Source of the DNA: Antedon mediterranea
Lineage: Eukaryota; Animalia; Echinodermata
Direction: 5' to 3'
Assembly (NCBI RefSeq): GCF_964355755.1
Contig: NC_092675.1
Location: forward strand, 3,343,812-3,407,811
Length of the DNA: 64,000 nt
Shown here: in pieces, positions 55,095-64,000 of the stretch
How positions within the stretch are numbered: position 1 is the stretch's first letter
Layout of the letters: each line of letters starts with the position of its first letter
The notes under the pieces: generated by a model
What the model saw: the letters and a program-made list of their open reading frames with translations, nothing else
The model's database searches: none
What the model was told of the DNA's origin: nothing
Position numbers and translations under genes: made by a program

Positions 55095-55974
55095 ATTAGA
55101 CCTAACTGTTGCTTGTGGTGGACTTTGTTGGTATATTTAGCTTTAAAAACATTGTAAAAGAAAAAAATGTTTTTGAACAAATGAGCGGAGGAATTTGTTG
55201 TTGAACGAATCATAAAGCTGTTGTTGGTGTAGACTGTATCTATCTGTATCTGTGAGAAAACAAGCTAACATTGTAGATGTTACCGCTTAAATTCTTTAAA
55301 TACCTGTAACCATACATTTCAAGACAATTGTGGTTTAGACTTTTGTATCTGGTCTAAGAAAGACTTTAATATATTTAGTGTTTAATCCCCTATTTGATCA
55401 TTTGTATAAAATGATGCTTTAATAAATATCGTATGCATTTTGTTGTTTGTATTGTACATGAACTTATGAGGAAACTATTATATTTAGGGTGATAAGTTGG
55501 TTGTCTGCTTGTTTTTTCAAAATGTTTGTAATATATGTTGTACTGATTGATTGATTATTTGATATAGATTGATTGTTTGGTTGGTTGGTTTGATTGATTA
55601 ATTGATTGATTATTACTTGGTTATTCAATTGGCTGTTTGCTCAGTTGTTAAATCTGAATGTAGTTAACTCTCTCTCTCTCTCTGAAGGCCCTTCCATTTT
55701 AAAATTAAAACACCATAATTTCACCATTTCAAATCTCTAAACATTATATCTTTTTGAAATTTTATGATGGAAAACATTTAATTTTTATTATCATTACTTG
55801 CATTTTATATGGCTAATTTTACATACTGTACATTTGAGGATTTTCCGTTTGATTTGACATTTTTTCTTCACCATAAAATATAGATGGCTAATTTCATATC
55901 CAAACATACTTTTATATTTCATTTTCTTACATACATTTGAGGCTTTTCCATTTATTTGATATTTTTTTCTTCAG

Positions 55975-56129
55975 CATTCTTTCAAGATACATATGCAATA
56001 GACAAGATTGAGTCTCGTAGACTTATGGGATTCTACTTGCGAGATATACGTAAACAAGATGAACGCAAAACATTACGTGGACAGAAATTTGCTAAGAATA
56101 CATACATCGCCAAAAATTATTTTCAGTGA
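55975..56129 (+). CDS. Variable BEN terminal exon V26 (class IV)
   Basis: AFFQDTYAIDKIESRRLMGFYLRDIRKQDERKTLRGQKFAKNTYIAKNYFQ*. Confidence 0.8.
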
Positions 56130-57363
56130 ATGATCGGCCAATGAGAGGCAAGAGTTACTATTTTTTATTTAAAACATTTATTATCGGTTCATAAAGCTAA
56201 TTTTGAAGAAAAAAAATTAATACAAGATTTTAAAAATAAACAGTAAAGCAGTTATTTTTCTTCTTGTTTTCTCGGGAAAACATGTCAGCTAACGCATTGA
56301 TAAATTATTCAGTGAAGAAACTACAATTTTTAATTATTTACTAAATGACGGCGTGAAGAGTTCAAGATGGCATTGATGGGGTGTGGTTTAGCACATTTTT
56401 GACATGTTATTTAGGTCTAGAGGAATGATGCTTTTGAAATAGTTCTACTGTAGTCATATCCTCATCACTTGGCAATATCTTTGTTATTTATTTGAACAAT
56501 TATTGTTTCATTTTCAATTCTCAATTATGAATATGAGTATCATGGATGTACAAGTCATCCATTTTAGATTCATTTCCACCTAGGCACAGTTAATTTATTC
56601 AAACCTTCCAGCTTAGTTAACCTGGTACCTGCTTAAGAAGCTGTTTCTGGTTATATTGTAACATTTTAGGTGTAGTAGTATGTTTCTGGTCATTTTATCA
56701 TGTTTGTTTTAATATTGGATTGCAATATTCTAAGCTTTTCAAGCTCTATTATTATATTCATTTTGGTTTTCCAATTTCATGATGACGTTTTCCACTGTTC
56801 ATCTCTCAGTACCAGGAAGATATTGGGTGTGGTTCGGCACATTTTAACATTAAAAAATTGTACTGTTAGAACAATTTTATATGAAACACTAATGGTTTTC
56901 TATATTCAGAGGGATTTGCTAATCATATTTTGCTGATATCATATTTTGCTGATATCATATTTTGCTGATCATATTTTCGCTGTATCATTGTACCAATAAA
57001 TACATGACTTTATTAACCATTTACAACCAAGTTCTTTGGAATGCTTAGGAGACCTTAAGAGTCATAATTTTAAAATCTGTAATTATGCTTTAAAAATTCC
57101 TACCGTAATTAGAAAGGTTTTTAAACTTTGTATGCAGGCCTACATAAAATGAGGATGTTGTTTAGATGTAAATTTGTATAATAATAAGAAACTGTAAACA
57201 TATTTATTTTTTTAACAATAATGTGATTGTGTTAGCTGCCTGTAAATTTGTAATGATTATATTACTGTGGTTTGATCTGTTTTCTAATTTTGCTAAGTGC
57301 CTTATTAAAGGTTTATATAGTATATTGTTATAATTATTAATTTTGTATTTATTCCTTCTCCAG

Positions 57364-57506
57364 AATATCTGTATCGTATGTACAATGTCAGTTTCATACA
57401 TACAGTGAAACTAATCGGCTTGCATCTCTGTAACGTAAAAAAATTGTTTCGCTTGAAAGCACGGAGACGAGAAGAGCAGTTAATTCAAGGACATTTTCCA
57501 GTTTAA
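57364..57506 (+). CDS. Variable BEN terminal exon V27 (class V)
   Basis: EYLYRMYNVSFIHTVKLIGLHLCNVKKLFRLKARRREEQLIQGHFPV*. Confidence 0.75.
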
Positions 57507-57885
57507 TAATTTTTGCGATCAAAATACTTGATTCTATAAAGCTACACTATCAAACTTTATGTGACAAAAAAATGTGATGTGTCCATATATGCCGACATGA
57601 TGATGTCATATCAATACCATATTTAAGCATATCACTTCCATATTTGGGCATATCACTTTTTTTTGTCAAACTTGATAGTGTGGGCAGAGCTTAACATTGC
57701 ATAGGATTAGGATTCTAGAAAAATTGTGATAAATATCTATTAACATTGTCTGTTGTTAAGTAACTTTATTAAAGTATCGGTATTTTAACTATGAATCACA
57801 GAACTGTAACAAATATCCGGTTGATTTTATTAAGGCCAAAAATAAAATAATTTTTTTGTTTATTATATATTATTTCTTTCTCCAG

Positions 57886-58049
57886 AATATCTGTACCGTT
57901 TGTACAATGTAAGTTTCATTCATACAGTGAAACTAATCGGCTTGCATCTCTGTAATGTTCAAAAAACGTATCAAAGAAAAGTACGCAGACGAGAAGAGCA
58001 GGTAATGCAAGGACTCATGCCAGTGAAAATTGTCTACAATATAAACTAA
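57886..58049 (+). CDS. Variable BEN terminal exon V28 (class V)
   Basis: EYLYRLYNVSFIHTVKLIGLHLCNVQKTYQRKVRRREEQVMQGLMPVKIVYNIN*. Confidence 0.75.
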
Positions 58050-59223
58050 ATATTCTATTATTAATTTGTTTGTCTCGATATTTCTTGTTGGTCTTCTGTG
58101 AGACATCAGTAAACAGTGCCTCTAATGTTTATTATTTATTGAATTATGAAATAAGATCAATATTTTTGTTTATTATTTAAACTGATCCGAACATCAGTAC
58201 AAATCCATATTATTACAATATTCATTGCTAATTTAAAGCCTAAACTAAGTTTTAATTGTTGATAATTAATTTATGTAATTTATGAAAAATGTGTGTAAAT
58301 AAATTATCTGTTTTATTTTTGCATTGTGTTTGTTTAATTTGTTGATTTGTATTATATTTTGTAAAATGTATCATTTGCCTGAATAAATAATAATAATAAT
58401 AATAAAACTCAATTTTTATTTTTATATTGTTTTATGTGTTTATTTCTGTATGTAAAACAGTTTTGATTACAGAAAAAATACATATTCTCTGTATTAAAAT
58501 GTATATGAATATAATTAATTGAACTTGAATCTTGTAGTTAGTTGAACTTACCCTAAAAATTGTGGCGGTGGTTCATGCTACTGAAAACCAGTCATTAAGG
58601 TTTTGCGATATTGGATGCAATAATTTATTAAACAGTCCTAATCTGTTTCATGAGTTTTGTGGGTTTATCAAGTCGTCCAACTCAATTGTGATTAGTTACT
58701 TTAAGAAAATTGTTTTCCAGTAAACTAAATAAGTAAATTAATCTATCACCAGTAATTAAACTATTAAAATTATTGCTAATAATTGTTTATTGCTAATAAT
58801 TGTTGATTATGACCAATGTATTTAATGTGAATATGTAAAAATATGTGAATAAAACAGTAATTAAGCTGTTTTGGTAGAAAATAAGGTATAATTCTGAGCA
58901 ATTGTAATACTGTACAAAATGTACAGTATATAGCATTTTAACCTTCCCGCATTCTCGTAAGACCACCTTTAGATGTACAGTAATATAAATATGTACACAA
59001 TTGTAAACAGAAAGTAGACTATTCCCAAGAAAATGTTTAAAAATCTATTGAAGATTTTTTTTTTTTGCATTTCTATGTATTTAATATCTCAAAAGATAAG
59101 ATAAACTTTGAATCATACTTCAGATTCATAGATGGATATACTAAAATCTCCGAGTTTATTCAGTTATTTGGGGGTGGGGGTGGGAGGGGGTGGGGGGTAG
59201 ACTTGCATCTTTTGTTTTGTTTT

Positions 59224-59306
59224 AAGGAGCTTGGGGATTAAGGAGCTTGAGGAGTAGGAGCTTGGGGATTAAGGAGCTTAGGGATTAAGGAGCTTGGGGA
59301 TTAAGC
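59224..59306. repeat. ~16-bp G-rich tandem repeat
   Basis: (aaggagcttggggatt)n. Confidence 0.75.
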
Positions 59307-60278
59307 TCTCAACTACAACAAATTATTTTTTGTATGCATTAATATGTTTTATGATAATTTTATTGCTATGGTAATTTTAAACTATTTGATAATTATTTAT
59401 CTAATTGTTAAAATTCTGAAATACTTTAAACTGGCCATTAAAATGTATTCATGTTTCAATTGTATTTATTTTTGTACATAATTGTTTGTAATGTTTCTTT
59501 TGTGAATAAAAATAGAAAGAATAAAGAGTGATAATTTACCTCATTTGTTTATTTTGAAATAGAAATTATTTTAAAATCTAAATGTTTAACATAAAGCAGT
59601 ACAAACAAACAGTGCTAACTGATTCTCTGTACTCTAGAATTTCTAAAGTATCCATCGGCTAATTCTGTTTTTTATATGATGTGATGCATAATACAGGTGT
59701 AACATGTGGTGTGACACTGTATGTCACTGTTTTACAGAATTTGCCTATGATATTGTACACAGTATAATGTCATATGTGCAGATACAGTACAGAGGGGACA
59801 ATGTTAGCACAGCAGGCATCACCAAAGTGATAAAGCATTATTGCAAAAATCACATTTTTATCGCGGATTATTAAACGTTCTTTTTAAAATCATTCTGTGA
59901 ATTTGTTTATTGACAGCGAGTTGTACGATACATATTTGAGGTCAGATCTTGATGGTAAGTACTGTGGAATCTACGTACAGTAGAACTCCTTAGGCTGGCC
60001 CTATTAAGGGACACCCCTATCAAGAGGACACTTTATCATGAAACGAATGAGGTGAAATATACTTTAACACTAACTAACCTCTATTCAAGGGCCAGTCATT
60101 ACTTAGAGGACAGTTCATTAGGTCCAAACGGTATAACATTTGTGGTAAATTTGTGTGGCAAAATAATTTCAACAAAGAATAACACCTATAAATAAAGACT
60201 ATAACATTTCCCTTTTTACTCTCAAAAAAGCATGGATGGAAAACATTCTTTTGAATCATTTTTTGTTGGTTTCAACAG

Positions 60279-63200
60279 ATGAATCCATCACACTACAAGA
60301 TTTATCAGCTGCAAAGGAACTTCTTGAGTCTGATGACGAAGAAGAAGAGAATGAAGCCGACTGGATGCCACCTGGGAAAAGTAAGTACTAGATGAATAGG
60401 GGGTTACCACGGTGTACTAGTTTACACACAGCCACTGTCACAAACTCATCATATATTCACACTAGGCCCTCTGGGAGAACAGTCAAAGAGGCTACCCCAG
60501 TATAAAGAATAAATAATAATAATACTCGCATTACTTGTTGAATTAAGTAATAATAAAAAATAAAAAATGTGTTTTGGAATAGGAAGAAAGAAAATGAAGA
60601 TATCTAAATCAATTAAAGCAGTTGAAGTTCCCAAGAGGAAAAAAGCAAAGAAGACAACGGAGATACCGGAGGATGATTATGATGAAGAAGAAGATGAAGA
60701 TTATGTATATGAAGGTTGATCATATAGTCTTATCAATCACATACAGTCTAGAATTGTTTTTTTTTTTATTTATTTGTTTTTATTTCGACCGCGATTTTTG
60801 TCTGAAAATACAAACTCAAGTAATACACGTATGAAATGCCATATGTGCAAAAATATTTATATTTTTACTAATATTAAGAAAAAACTCCGTCTGGAGCCCA
60901 GACTATCTAGAGACAAGAAGCAGCTTGCAGTATTGTGTCTGCTGCCATCAACCTTATTCCTTCTTAGTGTCTCCTGATAGTGCGCATTTTGCCTCTTTTT
61001 AAAATTTATTTTACTCATTTTTCAAAATAAGGATCTGGCGAAGATGAAGATGAGGAGGAGGAGGATGATGAAGATGACAATGAATTTGTCTTGTACGAAG
61101 CAGAAGAAGCAAGTGAAGATGAAGAATCTGAAGTAGAGGAGGAGGAGGAGGAGGAACCGATGGAAGAACTAGAGTCTGAAGAAGAAGTACAAGTAAAGAA
61201 AACAAAAACAAAGAAAAAAGGAAAGAATAAGAAAAAAGGTATTGAAATTCAACAATTTATTTAAATTTACAATTGTTGGTTCATGATGTTAAATAAATAT
61301 TCTTAATTTGTCTTTTATCATAGTCAAAAGAAAGTATGGTTTTCTATAAGAACTTATTCCTCCATGTACAATAATGACAACATGCATATAAAGCATTTTG
61401 TCATTCTCACTTTTTTTCAGATAAAAATGGAACAAAATCGAATGAAACATCAAAAGAAATAGGTTCTGAAAAGAAATGCACAAAAAATGTAAGTAAATAT
61501 TGTGTTTATCCATACAGTGGTGAATACTGAATATGTTTATTTGACCTAAAGCTCTGTCTACACTATCAAATTAGTTTGAAAAGTGTGCCCAAATATGGTA
61601 GTTGTGTGCCCAAATATGGGCATCATGCATATCACTTTTTTTTTCACTTAAAGTTTGAAAGTGTAGATAGAGCTTAAGAAATGGTCTCCTTTTCCTCATC
61701 GATCCCTTATCAACATACAACGTCTCTTCCTTCCTTAATAAAAGAGCGAATTATTCTATTTATAGGGTTACATTTTGATCCACAAATACACAGCACTGCT
61801 GTTATTTGATTATTATTATTATTATTATTATTAAAATTGTTTTACAGAAGTCAACTGGCGACAACAAGGAAAACATTGAAAGGAAAGCCCTCGCAGAAAC
61901 AAATATATTGACACCAAAACAAAAACTAAAACAATCACCAAAACAAACACCAAAACAAACCCCAAAACAAACCCCAAAATCAGAGAAAAAAACACCAAAA
62001 AGCCAAGTAAAGAAAGAAGACAGCAGTCCAGAAAAACAAAACAAAAAACAGGTAAGACCCAATTCACATGTATATAAATCTTACTGTAAAAAATATATTA
62101 AATTTTTAACTCGGTACATATGAAAGCATGTCTGTGTTACATCGATTTAAATCTTTGAACATGAATAATAATTGATAATATTAAGGAAATACTTAAATAT
62201 TAACAAGAGTTGTGTATATATATAGTTATAGTGTTTGTTTTTTTAAACAGAAATCAACTCCACAAAAGTTAAAAGGTGGGACTACTATACTAGACTTGAA
62301 AGAAGGAGATGGCCCTGTTGCTAAGGCTGGGAAAAGAGTAAGAATAATATAACACAAAACTCAATCAATTACCAACACTCTGATAAGTGATAAGCGAGTG
62401 AGTGGTCGAGCGGTTAAGACAGTGGAACCGTAATTACGTAGCCATAACATCGGCAAGGGTTTGAGGCTCACTCGCTCCATGGTTCTGGTGGTAGAACGAT
62501 TCTTCTCGGATAAGGACTATAAACCGTAGGTCCAGTGTACATATAGCTCATGCGCACTTAAAAGAACCTAGTACATCTTTCGAGACGAGTAGGGGGTTAC
62601 CCCGGTGTACTAGTCCACACAAACACAGCCACTGTCACACACAGCCACTGTACAAATGTACTGTGCAAATTGGGACTGGACCGTTTTAGAGGTGTTTACC
62701 ACCTGTTGGTTCAGATCCTTCACTAACTGAGTTAGTGAGAAGTCGAATACAAGATAATCGAGTATAAAAGAAATAAAAGTATATTTTTATTTTTATTCCT
62801 AAGTAAAGTGGAAATGATGATAATAGTTCCAATGATCTTGTAAATCAAATTTGTACCCCCCAGTGGTTGAAAGACTTCTGGCCAGTCCACTCTCCTCCTG
62901 CCAGCATATGCCTTTTATTGCCATTCCAAAGATATACACATCAATATGGCTTTTGTAAAGGCCAATTTACAATATAGGAGCCGTAACGGTAATAACAACA
63001 ATGTTATTCGTTATGACCATTTACACACAATGTGGAGCGGACGGACGGTTTCCACTCAGAATAGATCATATTCTACGTGGGACGAGCTACGCGGTTGTTT
63101 TCCACTTACGGTTACTGCTCGTCTGTGTAAATTGGCCTTAAGGGAATAACATAACAATTGATAACAATTTTCTTTACCTCAGGTTTTTGTTCATTACCGA

Positions 63201-63748
63201 GGAACTCTCGCTTCAAGTCAAAAGCAGTTTGATTCCTGTACATCAGGCTCAGGTTTCCCATTCCGTTTGGGAAAGGGAGAAGTGATCAAAGGATGGGACA
63301 TTGGAGTTGAAGGTAAATATCATAAATAAAAAAGTTTAATAATTGTTTTTGTATTCAACTGTTTATAATATTTTATTTAACAATTCAGCATTTTATGCTG
63401 CAATGTATTTTTTTTATGAATATGCTTATATGATTGAATAAAGATACCGCATATATATAATTAATAAATAAAGTTCTGTAAGTCTTGCTTTTCAAATTCA
63501 AACTAAACAAGAATTAAAAGAATACGCAGATACAGAGAGAGAGGCCCATGCACCCTGCCCTGGTTTGAAAGGTGAAAGAAAGAACAAATGGGGTTTCTGT
63601 GAAATGTTTCCACACCACCCCCTTTCCATACGTCCTGGAACCACCTCAGAAAAATGCAATATATCAGGAATATTGTATAGGTTTATTTTTATTTTGAAGG
63701 GATGAAAGTTGGAGGAAAACGGAAGATTACCATACCACCACATCAGGG
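60279..63748 (+). CDS. 3' exons of nuclear FK506-binding protein (FKBP39/FKBP46-like): acidic and basic tracts and FKBP PPIase domain; runs off window
   Basis: Exons 60279-60380, 60583-60714, 61032-61238, 61421-61488, 61848-62051, 62251-62337, 63183-63312, 63700-63748. PPIase motifs [24 protein letters not shown]...QFDS...[33 protein letters not shown]. The first exon is phase 1, compatible with the donor at 29469. Confidence 0.9.
61549..61675. mobile_element. MITE family A copy
   Basis: aagctctgtctacactatcaaa ... tttgaaagtgtagatagagctt. Confidence 0.8.
62393..62760 (+). mobile_element. tRNA-headed SINE with Deu/Nin-like central domain
   Basis: A-box-like tggtcgagcggttaag head, then tcggataaggactataaaccgtaggtcc...cacttaaaagaacc...tttcgagacgagtagggggttaccccggtgt resembling the DeuSINE core (recognised from memory). 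A 3' fragment also lies at ~60390-60445. Confidence 0.65.
62958..63139. mobile_element. MITE family D
   Basis: TIR aaggccaatttaca ... tgtaaattggcctt. Confidence 0.7.
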
Positions 63749-64000
63749 GTAAGCAATTATTATAAAATTAAATAAAAAGGCAATTGGGCCAATACTTAAT
63801 TCTTAATTCCATTATTTTTAGTACTATTTATTTTGGAAACTATGCATCTCAATCTTCTCTGACATAAAGCTCTGTCTACACTATCAAACTTTATGTGACA
63901 ACAAAATGTAATGTGCCCATATATGAACATGGTGATGTCATATCACTACCATATTTGGGCATATCACTACCATATTTGGGCACATCACACTTTTTTTGGT

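Noticed and set aside
35072-58049. Reading the V exons as consecutive exons of one long protein or as independent small genes
   Set aside because: Each has an in-frame stop, no consistent donor before it, and no start or promoter of its own.
35072-58049. mod(mdg4)-style trans-splicing
   Set aside because: All variable exons I found are on the same strand and downstream of the constant exons, so cis-splicing suffices. Trans-splicing is not excluded but has no support here.
59739-59875. Phase-1 open segment EFAYDIVHS...KVIKHYCKN as a V exon
   Set aside because: Overlaps a repeat related to the 14689-15598 element, and its spacing does not match the V exons.

Overview
AT-rich, intron-rich animal genomic DNA, probably an invertebrate deuterostome (inferred from a Deu-domain SINE and abundant TAGGCCTA motifs). 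Three loci can be built by hand from splice sites and reading phase. (1) A PWWP3A/MUM1-like gene (+, 4787-11748). (2) A FAM174-family membrane protein gene (-, 20901-22765). (3) A large + strand locus starting at 24993 whose first four exons encode a nucleoplasmin-like (NPL) domain; it has two predicted outputs. One is the conventional NPL-acidic/basic-FKBP nuclear PPIase (FKBP39/Fpr4 type), with exons at 60279-63748 and beyond the window. The other lies inside the ~31 kb intron between those parts: three constant exons ending in an incomplete BEN domain (phase-1 donor at 32835), followed by a tandem array of 28 short alternative terminal exons (27 open, 1 broken; 35072-58049). Every open exon starts in the matching phase and supplies a different version of the last BEN helices, which include the DNA-recognition helix. 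This resembles mod(mdg4)/lola-type isoform diversification but uses an NPL module and a split BEN domain nested in an FKBP gene. MITEs, SINEs and minisatellites fill the introns. All gene models are inferred from sequence only; no expression data or database searches were available.
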